Origin: Spirogloea muscicola
Taxonomy: Eukaryota
NCBI GenBank assembly: GCA_009602725.1
Contig: WELB01000018.1
Location: forward strand, 124,984 to 169,753
Length of the DNA: 44,770 nt
Reading direction: 5' to 3'
The notes below the pieces were generated by a model. That model searched no databases, was not told the DNA's origin, and saw nothing but the letters and a program-made list of their open reading frames with translations. The position numbers were made by a program, and so were the translations under genes. Below, one piece after another: positions 32,629-44,770 of the stretch (the first letter of the stretch is position 1; each line of letters begins with the position of its first letter).

Positions 32629-32932
32629 CTGCTAGTGGAGTGAGGCAGCAGCTGTGCCAGGAGGAATGGAGGGGTGGGGGGGGGGAAGAGGGCTGGAAGT
32701 GCCACGATTGGGGCCTTGACATCCTGTCCTGCTGGAGCTGCTAGAGGAAGAGTGAGGCAGCATCCATAGCAGGAGGGATGAGGGGGTGGGGAAGGATGGC
32801 CGGAAGTGCCGATGAGGGCCTTGTCGACCTGGCCTGGCAGCAGTGGCAGGAGGAGGGATGGCGGAGGGGAAAGGGAGGGCCGGCTGCTAGAGGAGTGAGG
32901 CACCAGCAGTGGCAGGAGGAATGGAGGGGGGG
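32629..32932. repeat. G-rich imperfect tandem repeat (~110-145 bp unit, at least 3 copies, runs into the gap)
   Basis: gctgctag(a/t)gga(aga)gtgaggca...caggagg(a/g)atg at ~32630, ~32737 and ~32883. ggaagtgcc...gggccttg occurs twice. Confidence 0.7.
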
Positions 32933-33399
32933 NNNNNNNNNNNNNNNNNNNNNNNNNNNNNNNNNNNNNNNNNNNNNNNNNNNNNNNNNNNNNNNNNNNN
33001 NNNNNNNNNNNNNNNNNNNNNNNNNNNNNNNNNNNNNNNNNNNNNNNNNNNNNNNNNNNNNNNNNNNNNNNNNNNNNNNNNNNNNNNNNNNNNNNNNNNN
33101 NNNNNNNNNNNNNNNNNNNNNNNNNNNNNNNNNNNNNNNNNNNNNNNNNNNNNNNNNNNNNNNNNNNNNNNNNNNNNNNNNNNNNNNNNNNNNNNNNNNN
33201 NNNNNNNNNNNNNNNNNNNNNNNNNNNNNNNNNNNNNNNNNNNNNNNNNNNNNNNNNNNNNNNNNNNNNNNNNNNNNNNNNNNNNNNNNNNNNNNNNNNN
33301 NNNNNNNNNNNNNNNNNNNNNNNNNNNNNNNNNNNNNNNNNNNNNNNNNNNNNNNNNNNNNNNNNNNNNNNNNNNNNNNNNNNNNNNNNNNNNNNNNNN
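32933..33399. other. Assembly gap (N run)
   Basis: Run of N. Confidence 1.
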
Positions 33400-33402
<3 letters not shown>

Positions 33403-33495
<93 letters not shown>

Positions 33496-33514
33496 CCTCC
33501 CTCCCTCCCTCCCT
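33403..33514. repeat. (CT)44 microsatellite followed by (CCCT)n
   Basis: Pure CT run 33403-33490, then CCCT units, ~250 bp upstream of the HSP20 ATG. Confidence 0.97.
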
Positions 33515-33759
33515 CCTCTTTTTTTTTCTCCCTCTCCCGGCGCCCAGGCACAGAACAAATTGAGGGCCGCTCAGCTCCGCCTCCATCCTCCGCGTCCAGC
33601 AGCGGGACCCCCCCGTTCTTGCATCCCGGCGACCGCTTCCACCCGCCGCCGCGCCGCCCCGCCCCCTGCCTCCTGCCGCCGGCGCCACCAGCAGCCGGGC
33701 GCCCTCGTTCCCGCTTCCGTTGCGCACACCCACCGGGCCCCTTCCCCAGTGGCGGAGCA

Positions 33760-34494
33760 ATGGCACTGGCGCCCTTCTTCGGCGGCGGAAGCGGCAGGGG
33801 AGGACGCTCGTGGGACCCCTTCTCGGCCATCTTCGACCCCTTTGAGGGCCTGTCCGCCGTGCTCGACACGCCACCCGCATACACCGCAGACCAGCGCGCC
33901 ATAGCCAACACAGACGTCGACTGGATTGAGACCAACGATGCCCACGTCTTCCGCGTCGACCTGCCAGGTTTGCAATGAGCCGACACGCAATCATCATGTA
34001 AACCGGCTCTTCCTAACCTGCTTGAGCTGGCCATACAATGCTGAAGCAGCCGCCCAGCATGCAGGTCTCAATCAAAGCTGGCACGTAGTGTGTAGCACAC
34101 GCGCAGTGCTAGCATCATGCAGTAGCGAGAAAGACTTACCACATGCTTGTCATGAACGCATGCTTCAGGCGTACAGAAAAGCGACGTTGATGTACGTGTT
34201 GAAGACCACACGCTCGCAATCAGCGCTGAGCGCAAGCGGGAAGAGCGCGAGGAAGGTGACCAATACCACCGCGTGGAGCGCGTCCGTGCTCGGTTCCTAC
34301 GCCGCTTCCGCCTCCCGGATAACGTCGACACTGACAACATCCAGGCTCAGCTGGAGAACGGAGTGCTGACAGTGATTGTTCCCAAGAAGCAGCAGCAAAC
34401 CTCCGACGTCAAGCGCGTTGACATCGGCGAGGGCAAGGGGCAGCAGCAGCAGGCCATTGGCGCTGCCACAGATTCTGGAGCAGCAGGTGCCTAG
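33760..34494 (+). CDS. HSP20: Small heat-shock protein (HSP20/alpha-crystallin domain, cytosolic class I-like), two exons
   Basis: Exon 1 33760-33967 (WDPF...ANTDVDWIETNDAHVFRVDLPG), GT-AG intron 33968-34168, exon 2 34169-34494 (LAISAERKREE...YHRVER...FLRRFRLPDN...AQLENGVLTVIVPK...VKRVDI, TAG). Confidence 0.95.
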
Positions 34495-35246
34495 GTAGTG
34501 GAATACAAGCATTGTGGCACTGGCCTAGTATAGCCGACAGTACCTTTGGGTGGCCATCTCAAGGGGGAAGCCTGTGAGGAGGGCAGTAGCTTTTCTGCTT
34601 GAACATACGTGTACCCCATGTACGGCTTGTAGCTTCAGCAACATTGCTTTTGTGCGCCCTTGCCACATGGTTGCCATCTGTCAAGAACGCCTGACTGCTA
34701 CACAACATGCGTCAGTAGAAACATGGGAAGATTGCTGCACCAGCCATAGGGTCGGATGTTACCTCTCACTGTACAAAGCATCATATGAAGATGAGTGATG
34801 GCAAGCAGCAATGAGCTCGCATCTTGGCTAGCTGCTGCAGAGTGCCACTTGCATTGGTTGAGCCCCAGCTATTTGGAGAAAGAATGACTAGCTGGTTGCT
34901 TAGCTGGGGCCGCTGCAGTATGTACAGGCATCTGTTTCAAAAGTGGCCGTTTAGCTGTTGCTTAGCTGTGGCTGTTTGTTGTAGTTAAAAAGTGGCTGGT
35001 GGCCTGGAAGCCTTTCCCAGTGTATGTTCATAAGCATGTCAAGAAGAGAAGTGAGCTCTTCCAAAGGGAGCGAGGTGCTGTGAAAGGAGAAAGTAGCTCT
35101 CCCAAAAGGGCAAAGGGCAAAGTACAGCAAGCCCGAAAAGAATTGACGAAGTCCCAAGGGGCCGAAAAAAGGAGCTGCAAAGATGAATTTGCTCACATAT
35201 ATTCTATTTTGGACGTGACCGCATTGCATAGAGGCAAACATTGTGA

Positions 35247-38200
35247 TCAATCAGGGGTTGTCTCCCAAAACTTTGACTTGGAATGGCAGCCTTCATCAGA
35301 AGGAGAGACTTGGCCAAGTGGCGTGCAGGAATTGCTGTAGTCCCTAAATATAACACCTGCTGGGTATCTTGTTGTGAGGACAACTTTTGGGCCTTGCACT
35401 GCAAGAGCCACCAGCCTGGCGCAGGCGTCCTCTTCCTCACAGCCCAGCGCACAGGACAGCTGCGTTATCTCGTTTCCAGTGTTGCTGTCCCAGACATGCA
35501 CCGCCTGCTCCGACTTCCCACCACTCACGAGCTTGTAGCTGTCCAGGTGTAGCATGGACACAGGACCCCGATGGCCAGTCATGATAGCAAGCGGTGTGCT
35601 CTGGCTGCCTAGCGCCCTGAGGTCCCAAAGTTGAGCAGCCCTGGCATGGAACAGACAGCGGATGCTTGCGTTAGCTCAGATCAAGAATCTTCTCATTGCA
35701 GGTGCGAGTTGAAGGTAAACAGGTGCGTATCAGGCCGATCTGCTGCCAACTGCAAAGTGAGGTACCAGCTTCAGTGACCTTGTGTCAATCATTGCAATCT
35801 CTTACTGCCTTGGTATTAGGCTGTAGTCCAGAAGCTATCTGCCAACGAAGACTGATACATTCAAATAGGCACACACTTACTTGTCAATTGTCCCTGTTGC
35901 CATGGTGGTGCCACATACTGCCAGGCTCCTAATGGAGACAGATGGCTTGTAGGCAGGGACAATGGCGCACTGGCTTAGAGTACGCAGGTCCACCAGGACC
36001 ACGGCAGCACCAGTTGCAATGTGGCACGTTGAACCTTCGCAGTGTAGGGCGAGGGGGACTGATTGTACGCAGGCAGAACCCAGACACCGCGATGTGCCAA
36101 GGGGTGCGCAACAGGAGGCATCCCATACCCTCACCTTCTCAAGAATCAAGTTGAAAATCAGGCGTGCTTTGAGCCTTATTATGATGATCCGATTGTCCAA
36201 CTTAAGATTTGAGCCAAAGCCTGGAGCAGGAACTGGTCAAGAAATAGTACGAGGGCCGTGCGGAGATGGCGGCTCACCTTATTCTCGTAGGCAGCGCTCA
36301 CCAAGAATGACGGATTGTATCTGACAAAACGTAAGCATCCATGTCACGCTGAGGATCAAGCAGAGAAGGATAATGTAGGACTTCTACTTATACTGCTACT
36401 TTGCTGACACTTATAGAGGGCAAGTATATAGCTCTGCATCTGCAAAGATGCAGTGGGCAGAAGTGAGTGTGCACTTCAGCTTTGCTGCCAGAGCACGACT
36501 CAGGATGAGTTAGTCTAATCAATATTGCTGCCAGCTGCCAGAGCACGACTCAGGGGCTCACTCAGCCACGGCAAGCTGTACGACGGGGCCCTGATGGCCT
36601 TGAAGCGTTCCGAGGAGCGGGCTCCGCCCCTTGCTGCTCCCGGTTATATTCCAGAGCCTTACTGTCCAGTCCTCGCTGCCACTGGCGATGACAGGAGGGC
36701 CTGCCCCTGAGCCCAGGATCCCGTCTGCCAACGTAGTCACGCCAGCCGTGTGCCCTCGCAAAGTACGCAAGCTACCACCCTGAAAGCATCAACACTGCAC
36801 CCTACATGACATCCCCGAGACGTTCCTCCCTGATATGCATGTGCTCACTCGGGGATGTTAGTGTCCCCCTTAGCCAGCTCATTACCCAGTTAACAGGACA
36901 TTTGTAAGGCTAGAATTGGCCTCCCATTCCATCTCATGCGCACTGCGCGCCTTCTCTCCCTGAGGATAGAGGCATTCCCAAGTGGAACCGTTCGACAAGA
37001 CGTAGTTAAGCAAAATCTGCTATGATTTGTCTGTAAGTCGAGGGCAAGCAGGAGTGAGCAGTGGAGCCCAAGACAGAGCGCAGGGACTCGAGTTCAAGAG
37101 ATATACCTCACCCGATGCTTTCCAGACTCGGATGGTGTGATCATAGCTGGCACTCAGCAGGAGATCGTTTGTCCCAGCTCTGGCAGAAGCCACAGAAGTA
37201 GCAGGTACTGACCTGCAACCAACCAGATATGCGGAAGGGCTTTGTCCCAAGTTGCTACTACAGTCCTTCTCCACAATCACAAACAAGCTTGTCTAAATAA
37301 CAAAGAGATTGTCTAAAGAGGTTGAGGGTTTATGGATTAGGGTTTAGACTTCAGGATATAGGGGATTTTGGTTTAGGATCTGATCATCACCGCAGACAAG
37401 ACACCCTTGCTGTATGCTCGTCGAAGCAGTGCTCCTGCCAAGCTGTGCCAGCGTTGAAGTCTGGCCACCAGGTGCTGATCAGATTGCCCTGCAATGACCA
37501 GCTCGACTGTGTCACTGGCATGTTTTGAGCGCTCCCTGTGACAAAAAGTGCCATCTCATTGGATGTATAACAGGAGTGTCCATAAGTAAAGGATCTCGTA
37601 GTAGTCACAGAGATAGAGAAGTCCAAGCTTAATTCCCAGTGCTAATGCATGTTCCCACTCTCTGATGCACCACCTCAATATAGCAACATGCACCTGCCTC
37701 AACAGGAGTCTGCTGCTGTCAGCTGGACAGGTCCTACTAAATGTCATCCACAACACAGCCTCCATCACAGCTGCTTTCAAGCATCGCGGCCAGTTACAAG
37801 AGGAGCCACGAACCTCTGCTATAGCCAACGACCCGTCCGCGCGGATGAGTACGTGCTCGGGCAGCTTCTCGTCGTCGAGTCTCCACTTGGCGCAGTCTGG
37901 ATCACGGAACCGCAGCTGCTGGCAAGCAGCAAGCCGGCTCTTGAAGGCAGCGCGGCCGCCGCGGAAATCCAGTTCCGCGGCAGCAGGCCATCGCCTCCTG
38001 GACATCCCTCGTCACAGCGTCTGGACTTCAGGGGCGCAGCATAGCTGCACGCACCGTGGCGCCTCATCGTCTACACATCAGGAGCTTGTGGCTCTTACAG
38101 GCACCCCGGACGGCAGAGAAGCGGCCGAGAGGGTGGCCAGGGGACCTGCAGAGGTCCAGCCAGACGGCCTCGGAGTAGGCAAGGTCGCGCAGGCGCCGGC

Positions 38201-38351
38201 AGCTGCCCGCGAGGCTGACCACGTCCCGCGCCGACAAGCCCCGGCAGCAGTGCACGAAGGCGTCGGCGTCGAGCTCCGGGAGCGCCGCCGCCGCCGCGGG
38301 CGGCCCGGTGGCGCCGACGGCTGCGCGCGCAGGAGCCGCCTCCATCTCCAT
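35247..38351 (-). CDS. F-box/WD40-repeat protein
   Basis: Exon 1 38351-~38146 has an F-box (LPELDADAFVHCCRGLSARDVVSLAGSCRRL). WD repeats include LSASYDHTIRVW (~37160-37120), LRGHTAGVTTL...ASGSEDWTVRLW (~36780-36562) and TGHRGPVSML...VHVWD. Last exon ~35641-35247 ends SKFWETTPD*. Confidence 0.9.
37322..37378. repeat. Degenerate TTTAGGG-like tract in an intron
   Basis: ttgagggtttatggattagggtttagacttcaggatataggggattttggtttagg shows roughly 7-nt periodicity. Confidence 0.5.
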
Positions 38352-39535
38352 CTCCCAGAATGGCCTTCCCTCTCGGCCGTCACGCCATGGCCCGGACCAG
38401 GCTCAGCGGCGGCGCGCGTATCTGGAGCAGGCCAAGGCGCCGCGAGGCGGGCCGGCGACGTCGTCGCCGTCGAGGCCTTCGACCATCTCAAGCTGATATA
38501 TACTCATCAACACCCTCTGTATGCCCCCACTGGGAGTTCCACTCCTTCTGCATGCACCTGGCTGGCTTTTACAGCCGCTCTTTAGCATCCTTCTCCTTCA
38601 GGAGCCGCTTCTCTCGCTTCTTCCCTCTCGTTCACAGCAGCAGGCTGGAAGGAGGGGGGGGGATCGTCTGACCTGTTGCTGTGCCTGTCATCTACAGCAC
38701 GCTGGGACGGCGTCATGAAGCGCTAAGGGCCGCTTATGACGTCGCCAGCTTCACGTAAACAGAGGGGAGAAGGTACGGAGTTGTGATCGTACTAACCAGA
38801 GCTCCCTATTCATCCATCACCCAATACGCACTCCAAGCCTATCGGCGCTTCAACGCCCCCGCCGGTCAGGTCAAGCCTATTAGGCAGATTTGCGGTGGGG
38901 CGAGTTGACAGGCAGCGCAGATGTATGGCAGCTCAGACACCGCCAGTGTGTAGCAGTGACCACGTCATGTAGCTTCGCTTGTGAATCAATGTGAAGAGGA
39001 CGATGTGCATCGTTTTAGGAAGGACGAGCTTCAGGGCCTACGCCCGCCTCCAAGCTCAAAGACAGCCCTGACCAGCTCGCACACTAGACGTGGCACCAGA
39101 CCATCGGCTTGGTGTAAGCTTGCCTGACTCCGTGTCTGTCAGACTTGGACTTCTCTTTGGTGCATATCGACCCTGTTCTCTTTGGTGCATATTCGACACT
39201 GCTGTATGCTGAATTGCAACAAGACGTTTCCACTTGGCTGGAATTGGTCTACATCCCGACTTTTATGCATTGATAAAATGAGTTGCCAAGGAGCTCGAAT
39301 TTGTTGCCCACTCAGCGGGGTGACCGAGGCACACGTGTGCTCTGGTTATGGTGCACTAAGTATACAACAAGCTGCCCGTCAACTGGCTGACGAACTGCCT
39401 GACAATCTTCTCTCTCCAACCCTAAGTTCTCAGCGGAGCAACTGCTTGCTTCTGAAGCGGCTGCAGTCAGTGGGTACAAGGACATGTTACACTACTCTAC
39501 TGTGCTAATCTTCTATCCTATGAATCCAACCACTA

Positions 39536-42500
39536 TCAAGAGCCCGGCTCTTGCCTGGAGCCTTTAGGGAGGAGCTTGAGTTGCTCCAGGGTGCTTATGG
39601 CAGCAGTCCGCACCTCTTCCCTGCCATTATTAGCCAATGACAATAGGTTGTTGACTGCGGTGTCAGAGAACTTGTGCCCTCTGTACTTCTTGGCTTTGAA
39701 CACCCTTTCAAGAATGGCCACAACAATCTTCGAGCTTCTAGGGCTCTTGGCAATAAGGCCAACCACTGCATCGATAATGTCACTCTTGACTAGATAGTCC
39801 ACGGCTCTGTCACTGTCTTCTTCGTCCTGCAATGCATGGCCACAGAAAGGGAGAGCTTTAGCTCCATAATAGCAGCAACAAACTCGGACACGATACCCAC
39901 AAGCACTGGGAACAGGTTGGCTCATCGACCCCTCCAGCCTGAGCAGTTCTTATGCAGCAGCCAAAGGACCTTGTCAGAATATGTGTCAGCAACAAGGTTG
40001 TCCCCTCTTCAAAGACCAAGAAGGGCAGCTGGACACATACATCCAACAAGGTCCCCAGAGAAGTTGCAGCACTTGAAGCAGCAGCTGCACTGCCCTCCTT
40101 TATAAGAGCAACTAAAAGAGGTACAGCATCACTCTCCACGAGGCAGAATCGACCAGCAGCTGTGCATCTGCCTTGATGCACCTGCCAAGATCGGGTTTAG
40201 ATAGAAGGGAGTGAGATTGCAGCAACTACTGTACACGCAAACAGAGAGTAAATACAGAGGATATTTTCCAATGACAATTGCCTATTGAGAAAGATAGGGA
40301 GCTAGCAAACTGCATCCTAGGTGCTTAAGTGAGGTCATATTTGCTTCTCAAAAGCCAAGAGATTCATAATGTAGAACAAGCATGATGACAGGCAGAATAT
40401 AAGCTGATTGACAAATTCTCCATGACCTCTCTTTGCCAGACAGCAAGATAAAAGCCTCTGTCGATCAGTAGTGCACCTTACAAAAGCCCTTCTCCTTCAC
40501 CCCAAAGCCCGCCATGAGCTTGGATCCAAGTCCCCTGTGCTTGCGAGAATCTGATACACCATCTGTAGCCAAGCTGGGCTGCGCCAAAGAGAGATTGCCC
40601 AATGCCACAGCAGCAGATTGACGTGCAGAATCCGTGCCATTTCGGAGAACATCGATGAGTGGGGAGATCGCCCCCAGCTGGAACACCTCTTGACAAGCAT
40701 CAGGCTCGCTGCACAAACAGAACCAACTTGTAAATTCAAAGCACACTGCTTTAAAGGCTGGAGTCAGCAAGGCTTGGACGAAGGCAGACAGGTCACGAGT
40801 GATGGACCTCAGACTCCAGTGATGGTAGCACAACATCAACATGCAATCGCTAGAGATTGCATTTCTGAAGTAGGATGGATTAATACAGAGTGCTCTGAGC
40901 TTCCAAAACAGCACATCAAGAGGCAAGGGAGAGTATTTGTCAAGCTGCAAGGTTTTATTGATACCTTGGGTTGGTGAACTTAGAGATGGCTTGACACGCA
41001 TGTGTCCGCATGTTCGGGCTTTGAGACGGCAGGCACTTCACAAGTGCCGGAAGAGCCTGGACAATCATGGCACCCACCAAAATCAGGATGACACAGTCTC
41101 CGAAAGGCTTAGCACTGTCAGCTGCGGCCATTATGTAGTGCAGCAGAAGTTCAAAATAGAAGACCATCACTTGGAGAGAAGGTTGCACCACCATCTCTGC
41201 AATTAAATTTTTGTGGTCACCTAGCTAATGCAGCCTAAATACCTTGGTCAGCCACTAGAACGCATCGCTTCAGATTGACTGCAGACGTAGGGTGCCTACA
41301 TGACCCTTACCTCTTCTTTTAGCAGAACCTTTCGACTGCTGGGATTACCGGCCATGCCAGCAAGAATGCAGGCCACCGCCTCCCTTTCCTCTGCTGGAAT
41401 GGGCCGATCCAGTAACTTGACGATGATTCTTGTGACGCTGTCGCTTGTCACAAGCTTCTCACTAGCATCGGGGTCTTGAGCAAGGTAACTAAGGAGGATG
41501 AGTGTGCTGGCCCGCATTGAGCCTGATTGAGAATGGCATTCCTGGACATATTTGCATGCAGAAGTGTCACTGGAACAAGTTTATCTCAACCATCTAGGAA
41601 GGGTTTGCAGCAGGAAGTAAGGCACATGGCAGCAGGTTATGACATACAAACTTCCTGGCCAAAAAGCTGCAACATGGTTTCCAAGCATGTTACTTACTGC
41701 CAAGAGGTCAAAAATAGCAGGTACTGCTGCATCATCACCAAGCAGCAAACTTCTCATTTTGCCGCTCTTTGCACCATTCTCTTTCACCATGAATTCAAGC
41801 GCCCGAACTGCATATTCTCTGTTCGTTCCATTCCCCAGCACCAGTATCAGCATTGTGGCTCTGTCCTCCTCATCCAGTGACTCGATGTCCTTATCCACTA
41901 ACGCCAGATTCGCAAGAGTGGCCTCAGCTGCCTCTCTCATGCCAGGCGGTCCGGCATTCCTGTTCTGGACCAGCGCAGGGATAGCGCGGTGCTTGGAGAG
42001 GTGCACCCTACAAGGACGTCCAGCGAGGCAGAACAATCAGCACTCCCGCAAAGGGTCCCTCGACCTCAAAATTGCAGAAATGTCAACTCTTGATGCACCC
42101 CAGGACATCATGTGCGTCTGACCTCCTCACCTGTTGGACTCCGTGTGAGAGAGGTGCTCAAGCGCGTAGACAGCTGCCGCCTTCGCCTCGATGGTCCCAT
42201 TGTTGAGCAGGTCTACCAGCGGAGGCACAACTCCTTCCTCCACAAGGGCCACTCTACTTTTTGCGCTTGCTCCCACAGTGACTGTAGCATCAGCCATCAT
42301 CGTTCTGATATCCATCGGACTCTCTGCGAATCACGTCAATCAAGAAGAAGCACTATTACCAACAACAATTGGCAATCCATTGGTCACAGGGCTCAGTGCC
42401 CAAGTGAATGGCAAAATGATTGACTATGACCATGACGCGAGGCAATAAGCTTGGCACATCAGCGTGCGCTTGGCCACCATCCATGCAGTCTTAACTGGGT

Positions 42501-44422
42501 GAGTCACGCTTCCAACTGTGTGCCAACCTCGGCATGCATACTACTGATCTCAATCCCACAATGACAATCAAGAGATGCCTCTTACCTGGCGCAAGCTTGG
42601 CTACGATTGGCTTGAAAAGCCCGGCCCAGCCCATCTGAATGGCAACTTCAGGATCCTCCTTCCACAGCCCCTGGAGGGCCTGCTCTGCAACCTGCTTGAC
42701 CCTGTCGTCTTTGTTGGTGTTGACAACTGCAGCGAGCAGGAACACGGAGCCAGTCTCATTCTTAATGGCTGCTTGTCCGGCCTCTGTTCTGGCAAGAATA
42801 GCCAGCACATCCAGGACACGCGCGCCGACAGTGACTGGCGACTCATTGCACATCTTGATCAAGACAGGGACAATCCCCAGGTCAGTGACCTCGGCCTGGC
42901 AACACATGCAGGAGCACCAGTGTCAGTGCCCATACACCTCATGCCTTTCATGTGCACTTCAGCTAATCTGCTCATTGCAGACATGTGTGGCGAGGCTAGT
43001 CAACGTCAATGCAACACTGGCAGATTCGGGCAGGGTATGCCAAAAGGAGTATGCAGCATGAAGGGGGTTCAGGAATCTCATCGGGCAGCACATGTGTACA
43101 GCACGTGTCAGACGGTATGTCAATGAGGGATAAGGATCTACCTTGCTCTCATCTGAGAGTGCCAACAGGTGTACCATGATGGCAATGGCCTTCTCCTTCA
43201 ATTCCAAAGGGGCCTCTCCTTTCAGCAACTCCGCAAGATAGCGCACTCCCCCAATGTACACCAGGTGGTCCGCATACTTTTCATCTGCAAGGCTGAGGTT
43301 GAGCAGCTGATTCACAGCCAGCTCAACCACCTTGGGGTCCTCTGACGACAGCTTGCCCAAGCCTTGCCCCAGTATCTTGTGATTGATGCACTCCACATCC
43401 TCCTCAATCGCCTGCCGCAGGGCGTCGTTGGGCACCACCTCGATGCTGCGGAGCTCCTGGCCAGTGTCCGGGCAAGTGTGGTGGCCCGGGTGCGTAGCAA
43501 ACCAGCGCTCGATGGACTTCCGGTCGTACGTTCGGCTGGCCTCCACAAGCAGTACAGGGTCCTCCATGAGCTCGCCAGTGATCGGGTCCTTGAAGGAAGC
43601 CGGGATCGAGGCTGAGAGTGTCCGCTGTATCTTCTTCCCCAGCGACGACTGGGACACGAATCTGGTCGAGTCCACGCTGCTGAGCAGGTTGTAAAGCTGC
43701 TTCAGCAGCATTGCGTCCATCTCCCGCATCTCCAATTGCGCCTCTGACAGATCGCGCTGCACCTCCGCCTTGAGTTCTGCGGCCTCGCTCAGCGGAACCG
43801 CTGCCTCCCGGGCAATGTCAGTGACGATATCGATCACCCGACGCTGGTCGTCGATGTTCAGCAGCTGCTCCTCGATCTCGTTCGCCAGGTCCACGCGAGC
43901 GGGCGAGGGCTCAAAGACGGCGCTGCGCATCTCCGTCCTGAGCTGCGCCACCTTCTCCCGCAGGTCGTCAGGGAATGCCGCCGTGAGCTCCATGAGGGAG
44001 ACGAGCGCGAGGCAGTGGCCAACCTCCTGCACCGTGGACTGCACATCCTCGACCACCTTCTTGGTGTTGAGCAGGAGGTACACCCGGCTCCGCAGCGACG
44101 TGCGGCGCGTGACCTCGTACGCCCAGTGGACGGCGGCCTCGAGCCTCTGGAGCCCCTCGATGGCGCCGCCTTTGAGCAGGTCCGGCCGGCGCTTGGTGAC
44201 CTCGTCCAGGACGTAGCGGAGGTCCGCGAGGTAGGAGGCCAGGCGCAGGAAGCTGGCGCGGTCCACCACGATCTCCGACGCCAGCTTCTTCACCTGGTCG
44301 ATGGCCTTGACGATGGACGCCAGCACGGCGGCCGGCTCGTAGCCGCCGAGCAGCGAGGCATTGTGCACGGAGTTGACGCTGAGGCCCATGATGCCCGGCG
44401 CCCGAGGGCTGCCGGATGTCAT
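39536..44422 (-). CDS. Plant U-box/armadillo-repeat E3 ubiquitin ligase (PUB; PUB43/44-like architecture)
   Basis: Probable ATG 44422. Exon 1 to ~43142 has a UND-like N-terminus and a U-box (IPASFKDPITGELMEDPV...TYDRKSIERWF...TCPDTGQEL...VPNDALRQAIEE). ARM-repeat exons at ~42895-42586, 42318-42132, 42020-41680, 41530-41311, 41057-40964, 40708-40559, 40181-40032 and 39826-39536 (TGA). Confidence 0.92.
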
Positions 44423-44770
44423 GGCCGGGGCCACGGTGACGGTCTTCAGCGTGGCGGCGGGGTGGCCTGCGGCCCTCGGGGCCGCGCGCGGCGCCTCCTG
44501 GCGGCGGGGGCCCGCCGTGCGCCCCGTGATCGCCGCCGCACGCCCGCCCCTCGCAGGGGCGGCGGACGGCGTCGCCCGGCGTCGCCTGGTCTGCCGCCGC
44601 TGGTTGGCGTACGAATCTCGGCGCGGCGGCGGTGCCACATTGTGAGGACTCTGTTGCCATTTGAGCACGTGGCAGATTGTGGTAGACGTGCTGGAGCAGA
44701 AGGGAAAGCAGCTGGATCTCGAGTGGGGCACCTTGATCCTGCCTCTGCTGCTTGGCCTCCTGAACAGCCC

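Noticed and set aside
25797..34034. Very long ORFs in the supplied track (461-562 aa and similar)
   Set aside because: Artefacts of reading through N-gaps and microsatellites.
34999..35340. Lys-rich 113-aa plus-strand ORF
   Set aside because: No ATG start or motif; it is antisense to the pyrimidine-rich 3' region of the F-box/WD40 gene.
29273..44422. Functional cluster of ubiquitin-ligase genes (two F-box, one U-box) with HSP20
   Set aside because: These are large unrelated families; adjacency is plausible by chance and no shared regulatory signal is visible.

Overview
GC-rich, intron-containing nuclear DNA from a green plant-lineage eukaryote (probably a streptophyte alga, inferred from TTTAGGG repeats and plant-type gene families), with three N-gaps. 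Six recognisable multi-exon genes are present: an Mre11/SbcD-Rad50/SbcC single-chain fusion (minus, ~1.66-9.62 kb, two apparent lesions), exocyst EXO84, a spinster-like MFS transporter, an RMF/ZYGO1-type F-box, a small heat-shock protein, an F-box/WD40 protein, plus a U-box/ARM E3 ligase. The 9.9-22.5 kb interval is a patchwork: a ~4 kb segmental duplication carrying a decayed orphan gene and the 3' tail of EXO84, a fold-back inverted repeat, a pseudogenic copy of part of the Mre11-Rad50 gene, and a telomeric-repeat insertion. The most striking signal is about 12 short 5'-truncated copies, from several diverged subfamilies, of a CRE-like non-LTR retrotransposon with a restriction-like endonuclease (RLE). 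They insert at unrelated sites with TSDs, end in poly(T) or (CTT)n instead of poly(A), share a 3'-terminal double stem-loop with compensatory changes, and four begin within ~6-13 nt of the ORF stop codon. All exon boundaries and alignments were read by eye and no database search was run.
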